Part shown: in pieces, positions 18,381-27,182 of the stretch
Position numbering within the stretch: position 1 is the first letter of the stretch
How the letters are laid out: each line of letters starts with the position of its first letter
Source of the DNA: an uncultured Candidatus Sumerlaeota bacterium
Lineage (GTDB): Bacteria; Sumerlaeota; Sumerlaeia; SLMS01
Assembly: GCA_964346275.1 (NCBI GenBank)
Contig: CAYFUR010000003.1
Location: forward strand, 47,011 to 111,010
Direction: 5' to 3'
Length of the DNA stretch: 64,000 nt
Notes under the pieces: model-generated
What the model was told of the DNA's origin: nothing
What the model saw: the letters and a program-made list of their open reading frames with translations, nothing else
Databases searched by the model: none
Position numbers and translations under genes: made by a program

Positions 18381-19699
18381 AAAAAGAAGAAGCCGCCTCT
18401 CCTGCCCCCGGGCCCATCGTCATCCTCTGTCATTACTTCTGGCCCGAGGAAATGGCCACCGCCGAGATGGTTTCCGGCGTTGCCTTTGAGCTTTCGAAAC
18501 AGGGGCTTCCAATAGCGGCCATTGCCGGCCAACCCGCTTATCGCAACCGTGGGGCGTTTCTTCCCCGCACAACTTCTCAGCATGGGGTGGTGATTCGCCG
18601 TGTTTGGTCGACGCGGTTTAACAAGAACAACCCCGCCGGAAGGATCCTGAATACAGCCACGTTCGCGGTCTCCGCCTTTCTGGCCGCCTTGTTCTTTCCC
18701 AACCCCGGAGGATATCTGGCCGTCACCAACCCTCCCCTGCTGCCATGGGTGGCTGCCCTTGTTGGATTCCTCCGGCGCCGCCCCTGCTATTTGCTGATCC
18801 ATGATGTGTATCCCGAAATTGCCATCGCCCTCGACAAGATACCGCCTGGCTCGGCGGTGGCCCGTTTCTGGGGATGGCTCAATCGCCAATGTTATCGGCA
18901 AGCCGACCGTATTATCGTTTTGGGGAGCTGTATGGCCCGGGCGATTCATCCCTATTTGCGCGAATCAGAACGGGACAAGACGGTTATCATTCAGAACTGG
19001 GCAGATGGCGAAAGAATCCAGCCCGTCCCGTCGGGTGAGAACCCGCTGCTCCAGGAACTGGGGCTTGAGGACAAATTCGTCGTCTCCTATTCGGGGAACA
19101 TCGGGCTTTTCCATGAAATCGAGACGATCGCGAAAGCGGCCAAGGCGCTCGAAAATCGAGCGGATATTCATTTCCTTTTCATCGGCGACGGCGCGCAGCA
19201 CGTCTGGCTGAAGAACTTCCTGGAAGAAGAGAAACTGGCAAACGCCACGCTCCTTCCTTTCCAGCCGAAAGACCGGCTTCCGACCACCCTGACGGCATGC
19301 GATGCGGGCCTGGTCAGCTTGAAGGACGAAGCCACGGGCTATTGCGTTCCCAGCAAGTTCTACGGCATGTTGGCGGCCGGCAAAGCCATCATCGCGATTG
19401 CAAATGAAGCGAGCGAAGTCGCGGAGGCAGTCCAGCGCCACGGGTGCGGCATGGTGATTCCCCCGGGGAACGCCGGGCTTCTCCGCCAGGCAATTGAGTC
19501 CCTTGCGAAGGACAAGACAAGAGCCCAGAAAATGGGTTCAAAAGCCAGAATTGCATTTCGTCAAAATTATTCCCTTGCAAAAACAGTCGCTAAATACATA
19601 GAAACACTGACTTTCAAAAGCGAAATCCCCTGCCAAGTAGGTGGGAATTCTCCGGAAATTCAGGACAAAGACTCGCGTGCCTCCCAAATTCGGCCCTGA
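18377..19699 (+). CDS. Family 1 glycosyltransferase (WcaI-like)
   Basis: ATGA overlap. N-terminal 'IVILCHYFWPEEMATAEM' and a typical GT-B C-terminal half. Confidence 0.85.
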   Translation: MKKEEAASPAPGPIVILCHYFWPEEMATAEMVSGVAFELSKQGLPIAAIAGQPAYRNRGAFLPRTTSQHGVVIRRVWSTRFNKNNPAGRILNTATFAVSAFLAALFFPNPGGYLAVTNPPLLPWVAALVGFLRRRPCYLLIHDVYPEIAIALDKIPPGSAVARFWGWLNRQCYRQADRIIVLGSCMARAIHPYLRESERDKTVIIQNWADGERIQPVPSGENPLLQELGLEDKFVVSYSGNIGLFHEIETIAKAAKALENRADIHFLFIGDGAQHVWLKNFLEEEKLANATLLPFQPKDRLPTTLTACDAGLVSLKDEATGYCVPSKFYGMLAAGKAIIAIANEASEVAEAVQRHGCGMVIPPGNAGLLRQAIESLAKDKTRAQKMGSKARIAFRQNYSLAKTVAKYIETLTFKSEIPCQVGGNSPEIQDKDSRASQIRP

Positions 19700-21167
19700 A
19701 GAATTCTCCATACGCAAACAGTCCCCAGCCGCGGCTGAATCCGGTCCCGCTGTTGATCCGTATCCCGCATTCCGCGCGGAGAGCCCACCGGCGGAATTGC
19801 CAGCGGCTCAAAGAGCCGCGCGGAGCGCGACCAAGTATTTCATCCGGGCCAGGACGAGCCGCTGGATCACTTGGGATGCGTTCGTCGCATTTCTCTCCCT
19901 CACCCTGGGCTATGCCCTTTCGCCAAAGGCGGACATCTTTCCCGGGGCTCCTGTCCAAGCACTCCTCGCCTATCCTTTTCTTGCCATGGCAGCAGGACAG
20001 GTGGCGGGCCTGTACGAACGGCAGATCCTCCTCAGCGGTGCGCGCCTTCTTTCATCAGCCATCGTTTCCGGCCTTCTCTCGGTCGTCTTCCTCGTCTTAT
20101 TCTACAATTTTGTCCTCTTCGAGCCAGCAGGCCGCTGGGTCCTCCTGATCACGGCAAGCTGCTTTTTCTTTGGACTTTCCGCTCTTCGCTTCCTGATCCA
20201 TTTCCTCGGACGTTTCTACAAAATCCGTGTCCTGATCGTCGGAAAAAACGAAGGCCACAACCCGGTTGTCCGCCATCTGACCATGGGCGACCGCCACCAC
20301 GTTCTCGCGGGCTTTTGCAACGTTCATGGAAAGGCCGATCATGATCGATATGTCGGACATTTGGATAATTTGCCGGCCTTGTGCCGCCGTTACGACATAG
20401 ACGAAGTCCTTGTCTCCGAAGAATTCCTGAACGAATCAGACGTTCTCGAGAAATGCTTCGGTCTCCTCGATATGGGAGTCACGGTGCTGGACGAGTGCTC
20501 TTTCTTTGAACAGACTTTCGAGCAAGTCCCCGTCGAGCGAATCAAGGGGGCCTGGTTCTTCAACGCCAAGATCGGCCAGCAAAAATCCTTCGACGTTTTC
20601 CTCAAACGCCTCATGGATATCGTTCTCTCCCTGGTGGGGATCTTGTTGCTCGCCCCCGCCGCCCCCCTTATCTGGCTGGCAATTCGCCTGACTTCTCCCG
20701 GCCCGGCAATCTATACACAGATTCGTGCGGGGCAATTCGGCAGGCCATTTCGGATCTACAAGTTCCGCACGATGCGCCTGGACGCGGAAAGGAATGGCCC
20801 GGTCTGGGCTTCGGAACGCGATCCACGCATCACGGCGGTTGGCCGACTGCTTCGAAAGACAAGGCTCGACGAAATCCCCCAGTTTTGGAATGTACTGAAA
20901 GGGGACATGTCCTTCGTCGGCCCGCGGCCGGAGCGGCCCGAGCAAATCCACCGGATTGAGCAAAAAGTCCCCTATTTCGGTTACCGTCACTGGTTCCGGC
21001 CGGGAATCACGGGCTTGGCCCAGGTGCGTTATCCCTACTCCGCGAGCGTGGAAGATGCGAAGACGAAACTTCAACACGACCTGTATTACCTCAAGAATTT
21101 CAACATTCTGCTGGATATTCAGATTATCATGAGAACGGCTGCGGCCATCATGAAGGGCGCACGCTAA
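19641..21167 (+). CDS. Polyprenyl-phosphate hexose-1-phosphate transferase (WbaP/WcaJ 'bacterial sugar transferase' family), initiating enzyme
   Basis: C-terminal catalytic domain: 'SPGPAIYTQIRAGQFGRPFRIYKFRTM', 'DEIPQFWNVLKGDMSFVGPRPERPEQ'. N-terminal TM helices. The true start is uncertain; the longest frame overlaps the upstream gene by 59 nt. Confidence 0.85.
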   Translation: MGILRKFRTKTRVPPKFGPEEFSIRKQSPAAAESGPAVDPYPAFRAESPPAELPAAQRAARSATKYFIRARTSRWITWDAFVAFLSLTLGYALSPKADIFPGAPVQALLAYPFLAMAAGQVAGLYERQILLSGARLLSSAIVSGLLSVVFLVLFYNFVLFEPAGRWVLLITASCFFFGLSALRFLIHFLGRFYKIRVLIVGKNEGHNPVVRHLTMGDRHHVLAGFCNVHGKADHDRYVGHLDNLPALCRRYDIDEVLVSEEFLNESDVLEKCFGLLDMGVTVLDECSFFEQTFEQVPVERIKGAWFFNAKIGQQKSFDVFLKRLMDIVLSLVGILLLAPAAPLIWLAIRLTSPGPAIYTQIRAGQFGRPFRIYKFRTMRLDAERNGPVWASERDPRITAVGRLLRKTRLDEIPQFWNVLKGDMSFVGPRPERPEQIHRIEQKVPYFGYRHWFRPGITGLAQVRYPYSASVEDAKTKLQHDLYYLKNFNILLDIQIIMRTAAAIMKGAR

Positions 21168-21186
21168 GCCCAGGTATTCCCCCACA

Positions 21187-21222
21187 AACAAGCTCCCGGG
21201 CGATATGACCCGGGAGCTTGTT
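21187..21222. terminator. Bidirectional rho-independent terminator candidate between convergent operons
   Basis: Perfect 14-bp inverted repeat AACAAGCTCCCGGG/CCCGGGAGCTTGTT with an 8-nt loop. It sits exactly between the convergent stop codons at 21167 (+) and 21253 (-). Confidence 0.55.
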
Positions 21223-21252
21223 CATTTATGCCAGCTTGCTCTGGTGTCTTTC

Positions 21253-23562
21253 TCAGTCGGTGCGCGGATGATAGCCGTAGGGATGACCATAGCCATATCC
21301 ATAGGTGCCGATGGAGACCTCGGACTTCGTCCGATTGTAAATCACGCCAAGGATTCGCGTATCCATTGAGCGCAGCCGCTGCACGGTGTTTTCCAGCGTA
21401 TGCATCGGCGTGCTCCCCAGCCGAACCACAAGACAGGCGCCTTCGACCTTCTGCGCCAGCACCAGGGAATCTGCTACGGCATCGCACGGGGCGGAATCCA
21501 GAATAATCAGCGAGTAATGCTTCTTCAGTTGCTCGAGCAATTCGCTCATGCGGCGGCTGTCGAGCAAGTTCAGCGGAGACGGCGTTGAGGCTCCCGCGGG
21601 CATGAAATTCAGATCTGGTACATCCGTGGGTTGAATGACTTCCTCTAAGCTCTTCTGGCCCGTCAGGACTTCGGAAAGTCCCGATTCCCGCTTGGAATTG
21701 AATGCTTCATGGAGAATCGGGCGGCGAAGGTCCGCGTCGATTACCAGAGTCTTTTCTCCCTTGCCCGAGAAATTGAGCGCCAGATTCGAGCAAATCGTCG
21801 ACTTGCCTTCCATCGGCAGACAGCTCGTCACCATCAGAACGCAGGGGGGATGCTCTGCTGTAGAATACTGCAAGGACGTCCGCAGATAGTGAAAGGCCTC
21901 GCGTCCCAACCCTGCTTGCTTGTCCGGCTGTTTCGTCGTCAGGGGAAGTGGCTGGCGCTTCTTGCGCGAAAAAACCGAAGTGAACGATTTACGGCCACCG
22001 AGAAATGGAATCGTGGCGAGCGTTGGCAGTTCCAACCTCTCTTCCACCACATCGGGATTCTTGATCGAGCGATCCAGCCAGGAAAGAAGCAGCACAAGCC
22101 CTCCGCCGACAAGCAAACCGAAGAAGAGGAACTTCGACATCGTGGAAGCAATCTTCGGAGAGGAATGCGAAGTGGGGATGCTCGCCGGCCGGGTGATGCC
22201 GACGTCGCGGAAGGAGAGCCCATCGGCCACGTCCAGCCGTTTATACTGATCGAGCAGTCCTTCGTATATTTCGCGGGTCGAGTCCACTTGCCGCCTTAAC
22301 ATTCGAAAATCAATCATCTTTCCTTCGATCAAGTGGACCTTTTCCTTTTGCTGCTCCAGACGATCGAGAAGGTGCTTCTCCGTGATCTCCGCCATCTGAA
22401 GACGGCTGCCGAAATCGTTAAGAACGGCCTGCGTCGCGCTGGTCAACTCATCGCGGATTCCGGAAATCTCCAGATCAATCCGGCGAAGCTGCGGATAGTC
22501 GGGCTCGTTTTCCGCGGCGATGGAAATTCGCTTCACCTGGAGTTCGCTGAGCTGGCGCAGAAGCGCCGTATAATAAGGATCCTCGGAAATGAGCGTTTGG
22601 CGAACCGATCCGGAGCCCGCTGCTTCCTTGCGAGCCCCGTAAAGGGCGATTTCATTCTTCGTTTCCTCGATCTGTTTCGTTAGGCTGACCATGGTATCGA
22701 TGGAAATCTTCAGTGTCTCCTCCATCGCTTTCAGATCGGATTCCGAGTTGAATTCGTAGAGTTCTTTCTCCGCCGCCTCGAGTTCCTGCTTTGTTTCCTC
22801 GATTTGTTCGGCCAGGAAACGGCGCGCATAGCTGAAGGCTTCCGCTTGCTGCTCTTCCACGTCCGAGATGAACTGGTTCGCGAATTCGTTGGCGATCTCC
22901 GCCGCGCGGTTCGGATCGCGATCGGTGACCGTGATCTCGATGAGCTTCGTGCTGCGCTTCTGATTCACAGAGACTTTGCCGAGCAAATCGGCGATTCGCT
23001 TCTGGTTTTCCAAGGTCCGCTCGTCGGCCTGGATGTCGGGCACGTTTACAAGGCGATTCTGGAGAAAGCCGATGGAACTCGAAACAGCGTTCTTCGCTGC
23101 GGCAAGAGGGGATTCCTCCCGGGGTTCGTCCGGTTTCGCAGTTGAAGAGGCGTAGAGCCCGAGAGCATCGATCACCGACTGGGCGACTTTGGGGCTGCGA
23201 ATCATCTCCACCGCGGTTTCCATCTCGTCGATGCGGAAATAATAGGGCCGGGCGCCGAGCTGCATGTCCATATCGAGGACTTTCTGGCGCGACGGCTCAT
23301 ACATGATTGTCGCCGTGGAGGAGTACTTGGGGGTCGTGCGGCTGAGCTGAAAGGCACCCAGGGCCAGGAATATGAGGAGGCAAAAAAGAATGAGCCAGAT
23401 ATGGCTCACGAAAAGCCGGAAATAATGCCTCAGATCATAATCGAGGAGCTTGGGGGACAGCATTCCTCTCGAGGGCATGCTCTTTCCACCGCCGGCCCAG
23501 GCCAGCCCCGATTCACGCTGATCGCCGCCGTTCTGGGGCGGGTTTTTCTCAGAATCCTGCAC
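21253..23562 (-). CDS. wzc: Polysaccharide co-polymerase / tyrosine autokinase (Wzc/EpsB-like)
   Basis: GTG start at 23562. N-terminal TM, a Wzz-like periplasmic coiled-coil region, a second TM and a C-terminal P-loop 'GKSTICSNLALNFSGKGEKTLVIDADLRRP'. A Tyr-rich tail 'YGYGYGHPYGY' is encoded at the 3' end. Confidence 0.85.
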   Translation of the reverse strand: MQDSEKNPPQNGGDQRESGLAWAGGGKSMPSRGMLSPKLLDYDLRHYFRLFVSHIWLILFCLLIFLALGAFQLSRTTPKYSSTATIMYEPSRQKVLDMDMQLGARPYYFRIDEMETAVEMIRSPKVAQSVIDALGLYASSTAKPDEPREESPLAAAKNAVSSSIGFLQNRLVNVPDIQADERTLENQKRIADLLGKVSVNQKRSTKLIEITVTDRDPNRAAEIANEFANQFISDVEEQQAEAFSYARRFLAEQIEETKQELEAAEKELYEFNSESDLKAMEETLKISIDTMVSLTKQIEETKNEIALYGARKEAAGSGSVRQTLISEDPYYTALLRQLSELQVKRISIAAENEPDYPQLRRIDLEISGIRDELTSATQAVLNDFGSRLQMAEITEKHLLDRLEQQKEKVHLIEGKMIDFRMLRRQVDSTREIYEGLLDQYKRLDVADGLSFRDVGITRPASIPTSHSSPKIASTMSKFLFFGLLVGGGLVLLLSWLDRSIKNPDVVEERLELPTLATIPFLGGRKSFTSVFSRKKRQPLPLTTKQPDKQAGLGREAFHYLRTSLQYSTAEHPPCVLMVTSCLPMEGKSTICSNLALNFSGKGEKTLVIDADLRRPILHEAFNSKRESGLSEVLTGQKSLEEVIQPTDVPDLNFMPAGASTPSPLNLLDSRRMSELLEQLKKHYSLIILDSAPCDAVADSLVLAQKVEGACLVVRLGSTPMHTLENTVQRLRSMDTRILGVIYNRTKSEVSIGTYGYGYGHPYGYHPRTD

Positions 23563-23715
23563 GAGTCTTGTCTCTCCCGTCTGCCTGCGCCATCAGGCAG
23601 GCGCAAATCCGGCGAAGATTTGCCGATCCGTGGCCTTGTTACAATGAGAAACTCGTCATCCTCGCCCAGAAATCTCAGGGGTTTTATCGAGGAAGCCGGG
23701 CCGCGGAGCAGAGAA

Positions 23716-24714
23716 TTATTGTTTCCGGTTTTTCTCGAAGGATTTGCGGATCACATAGGGCCGTTTTTCCTGCCCCTCGTAGTAACTGCGGATCATGATT
23801 TCGCCCAGCAAACCGATGCTCAGGAACTGAAAGGAACTCAGCAGAAAGAAGATGCTCAGAAAGAGCCAGCCATTGCGGTTGATGTTCAAATAGGGCGGGA
23901 AAAGCTTCTGATAAACTGTGATGGCTCCGCAGAGAGATCCGCCCAGGAAGCTCAGAAGGCCCAGCATGCCGAAGATCTGCATGGGTTTGGTGGAATAGGA
24001 GAGCAGGAACTTCACCGTCACCAGGTCCAGCAACACGCGTGTCGTGCGTCCAAAGCCGTAGTTGGATTTGCCATGGCGGCGCGGCCGATGGCGTACCTTG
24101 ATCTCGGCGACGGTAGCTCCGCCCCAACTCGCCAGCGCGGGCAGAAAGCGATGCATCTCGCCGTAGATATTCAAGTCTTTGACGACCTCCCGGCGATAGG
24201 CCTTGAGGGTGCAGCCGAAGTCATGGATCTGGACTCCGGTGATCGCCGCGATGAGCCGGTTGGCCAGCACCGAGGGCAGTGTGCGCGTCAGGTAGGCATC
24301 CCGGCGCTTGAAGCGCCATCCGCTCGCCACATCGTATCCCTGATCAATCACACGAAGCAGGCGCGGGATGTCGTGAGGGTCGTTCTGCAAATCCGCATCG
24401 ATGGGTATGATCACGTCGCCCCTGGCATGACGAAACCCGGCGGAAAGGGCGGCGGTCTGGCCAAAATTCCTGCGGAAGACGATGCCCGCCACGTGATCCG
24501 GATCGGCTTCGTGCAAGTCCTCGATCACTTTCGCGGAACCGTCGGTACTCCCGTCATCGACAAAGAGAACCTCCCATTCGGCGTCGAGCTTCTCGAGCAC
24601 GGTCTCGAGTTCCCGATGAAGAGGCTCCAGATTCCCCTCTTCATTAAAGACGGGGACAATAACGGAAACCAGTCGTTTTGAATCCTCTGCCATGGCCAGG
24701 ACTAACTCTATCAT
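23716..24714 (-). CDS. Polyprenyl-phosphate glycosyltransferase (GT2; ArnC/GtrB/DPM1-like)
   Basis: 'VSVIVPVFNEEGNLEPL...WEVLFVDDGSTDGS'. Two TM helices near the C-terminus are typical of Und-P-sugar synthases. An alternative ATG lies at 24693. Confidence 0.8.
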   Translation of the reverse strand: MIELVLAMAEDSKRLVSVIVPVFNEEGNLEPLHRELETVLEKLDAEWEVLFVDDGSTDGSAKVIEDLHEADPDHVAGIVFRRNFGQTAALSAGFRHARGDVIIPIDADLQNDPHDIPRLLRVIDQGYDVASGWRFKRRDAYLTRTLPSVLANRLIAAITGVQIHDFGCTLKAYRREVVKDLNIYGEMHRFLPALASWGGATVAEIKVRHRPRRHGKSNYGFGRTTRVLLDLVTVKFLLSYSTKPMQIFGMLGLLSFLGGSLCGAITVYQKLFPPYLNINRNGWLFLSIFFLLSSFQFLSIGLLGEIMIRSYYEGQEKRPYVIRKSFEKNRKQ

Positions 24715-24841
24715 CCAGGGTCTTTTGAAATGGCACGGTCCGGGCCGGGCAAGGCCCGTGGCAACAAGAAACGGCCCGGGAACTTTCTCTTGCTTTCACG
24801 AGGAAAGGTCGAATCCCTTTGCCGAACAAAGAAAGGCCTCC

Positions 24842-25597
24842 ATGGAAGAGCGGATTTACCAGCGTTATTTTGAAATCGACCGGCACCATTTCTGGCGCCA
24901 TGGAAAGCGCCGCCTCACCATTCGCTGGATGCGCAGGTATCTCCCGCGCCGGACCGGGACGCCCAGGTTGCTGGATATCGGCAGCGGCCCCACGCTCTAT
25001 CCAAAGAAGCTTCAGCAGCTGGGAGATCTCACAGTCATTGAACCCCACGAGGAAACCGCGCTCTTTTTAACGGAAAAAATGAAGGTCCGCACGGTTGCCG
25101 GCGAGCTGCCCGGGAATCTCCCCGTGGAGGGCCCATTCGATGGGATCAGCATGCTCGACGTGCTGGAGCATGTGGAGGATGAGCAACAAGCCCTGCAATC
25201 GGTGCATCGCCTGTTGGCGGATGACGGAGTGCTCCTGCTCACGGTCCCTGCCTACCAATGGATGTGGAGCCCCCACGACGACCTCTCGCACCATTACCGG
25301 CGCTATACTGCGACGCGATTAAGGCGCGCCCTGCAAAAAAGCGGATTTCGCGTCGAGCGAATCACCTATTACACGTCCCTCCTGTTCCCAATCGCGGTGG
25401 CTCAAAGGACCGCTGCCAAGTTGATGCAGCGCTCGGGGCTGCGGGAATACGAGCCAAAGGTTCCCCATCCCGCGATTAATCAGGCATTTGGCCTGGCCAT
25501 GCGGCTGGAATTCGAGCTTCTGAAGAACGCCGATCTTCCCTTCGGCCTCTGCCTTCTCTGCGCTGCGCGAAAGCGCGGGGGACGCGCATGCCACTAG
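24842..25597 (+). CDS. Class I SAM-dependent methyltransferase
   Basis: ATG at 24842. 'LLDIGSGPTLY' (motif I) and 'DGVLLLTVP' (motif III). Divergent from the GT2 gene. Confidence 0.7.
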   Translation: MEERIYQRYFEIDRHHFWRHGKRRLTIRWMRRYLPRRTGTPRLLDIGSGPTLYPKKLQQLGDLTVIEPHEETALFLTEKMKVRTVAGELPGNLPVEGPFDGISMLDVLEHVEDEQQALQSVHRLLADDGVLLLTVPAYQWMWSPHDDLSHHYRRYTATRLRRALQKSGFRVERITYYTSLLFPIAVAQRTAAKLMQRSGLREYEPKVPHPAINQAFGLAMRLEFELLKNADLPFGLCLLCAARKRGGRACH

Positions 25598-25721
25598 CCT
25601 TCCTGTCTATACGGAAACGAAAAACAAAACTGCCGGCACAATCCATTTTCTGCCACTGGCACGAAGTTCTTTATCGAAAAAGTATGTGCCAACACAGGAC
25701 AAATCTGCTCAGGAGGTTCCT

Positions 25722-26804
25722 ATGAGCGACAACAAGCAGATCGAAAGCCTGGCGACTTATTACTGTCTCGGCCGCAGCGGCCTGCGCGTTTCTCCGCTTT
25801 GTCTCGGAACCATGACCTTCGGAAATGAGGGCTGGGGCGCGGATGAGAAAACTTCGCGGCAAATCTACAATCGCTACCTGGAAGCCGGAGGAAACTTCAT
25901 CGACACTGCCGATCTCTACTCCGGCGGAGAGAGCGAGCGGCTGCTCGGCAAGTTCTTCAAAGAGGATAAAAATCGCGACCGGATCGTTCTCGCAACGAAG
26001 TTTAACTTCAACGCCATCAAGTCCGACCCGAATGCCGGCGGTAACCATCGCAAGCATATCCGGGAAGCCGTGGAAGCGAGCCTGCAACGGCTGCAAACGG
26101 ACTACATCGACCTCTATTGGATGCACGCCTGGGACACGGTCACCCCAGTGGAAGAGGTGATGTCGACCCTCAACAGCCTCGTAGAGCAGGGCAAGATCCG
26201 CTACATCGCCTTCTCGGACACACCGGCCTGGTATGTGGGCGCGGCGGCAATGCTTGCCGACCAGAAGGGATGGGCACGGCCCATCGCTCTGCAGTTGGAA
26301 TACAGCCTTTCCTGCCGCGATATCGAATACGAATTCGTGGATCTGGCCCAGAACATGGATGTCGCAATTTGCCCCTGGAGTCCGCTCGCCGGAGGCCTGC
26401 TGACGGGAAAATACACGCGCGACAAAACGCCGGAAGGCCGCTTGAAGGAGTTGAAGGATTCAGGGAATCCAATCTTCAAAAAACTGACGGAAAGAAACTT
26501 CAAAATCGTTGATGTGCTGGTCGAGGTGGCAAAGCAAGCCGGGCGTCCACCGGCGGAGGTGGCCCTGAACTGGGTGGCCAGGCGCCCCGGGGTCACATCC
26601 ACGCTCATTGGCGCGACCAAAATAGAGCAGCTCGAAAGCAACCTCCAGGCGCTGGAATTTGATCTTCCCCAGGATGCGCTGAAGCGTCTGGACGAAGCGG
26701 GCAGGCCAGGCGAGATGACGCCTTATATGTTCTATCAGGGCCACCTGAAGGGCATGACTTTCGGCGAGCGTCCCGTGCATCGCGAACCACCCTGGTTTCG
26801 ATGA
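25722..26804 (+). CDS. Aldo/keto reductase
   Basis: ATG at 25722, preceded by AGGAGG at 25711-25716. 'YYCLGRSGLRVSPLCLGTMTFG...NFIDTADLYSGGESE' is an AKR signature. Confidence 0.85.
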   Translation: MSDNKQIESLATYYCLGRSGLRVSPLCLGTMTFGNEGWGADEKTSRQIYNRYLEAGGNFIDTADLYSGGESERLLGKFFKEDKNRDRIVLATKFNFNAIKSDPNAGGNHRKHIREAVEASLQRLQTDYIDLYWMHAWDTVTPVEEVMSTLNSLVEQGKIRYIAFSDTPAWYVGAAAMLADQKGWARPIALQLEYSLSCRDIEYEFVDLAQNMDVAICPWSPLAGGLLTGKYTRDKTPEGRLKELKDSGNPIFKKLTERNFKIVDVLVEVAKQAGRPPAEVALNWVARRPGVTSTLIGATKIEQLESNLQALEFDLPQDALKRLDEAGRPGEMTPYMFYQGHLKGMTFGERPVHREPPWFR

Positions 26805-27182
26805 ACTGATTTCCTGCCTGAATGCCCGGGCTGGCCCCACCCCGGTCCGGGCATTGACCCCTCCTTTTTTTCTCCCTGTATCAATCCTCATCAGAGGGTT
26901 TCCGCAGGTCAAAAGCTCCTCTCAAATTCATTTATTATAATCCAAAATCCAGCACCTCCCGTTTTTCCGTAAAAGAACGGATATCAAATAAAAAAACTCC
27001 GGGAGCTTAAGGCTTCTGGACTTATCCGCGAGAGAGGCCCCTCTTTTTCATTGCGAACGGGGATGCCGCAAAAGACCCTTTCCTCATTAGGAAATTTTGC
27101 CTGATGAATCTTGTTTTGGACCATAGAAGTTGAAAACCAGCCAGGACTGAGACAAGGATACCGCGACCAGGAGAAATGCGTC

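Noticed and set aside
19641-19699. 59-nt overlap between the last GT1 gene and the WbaP-like gene, as a possible programmed frameshift or fusion
   Set aside because: It is more likely just an uncertain start codon for the WbaP-like gene. WbaP N-termini are poorly conserved, and a non-ATG start downstream of 19699 cannot be excluded.
26805-27182. AT-rich 378-nt intergenic region upstream of the sigma-54 activator, with a small antisense ORF (26984-27211) and weak hairpins (for example GAGAGGCCCCTCTTTTTC near 27030)
   Set aside because: It is most simply a promoter/UTR region plus a possible weak terminator for the aldo-keto reductase gene. The 75-aa ORF has no features and overlaps the regulator start. 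I could not assign an RNA family by eye.
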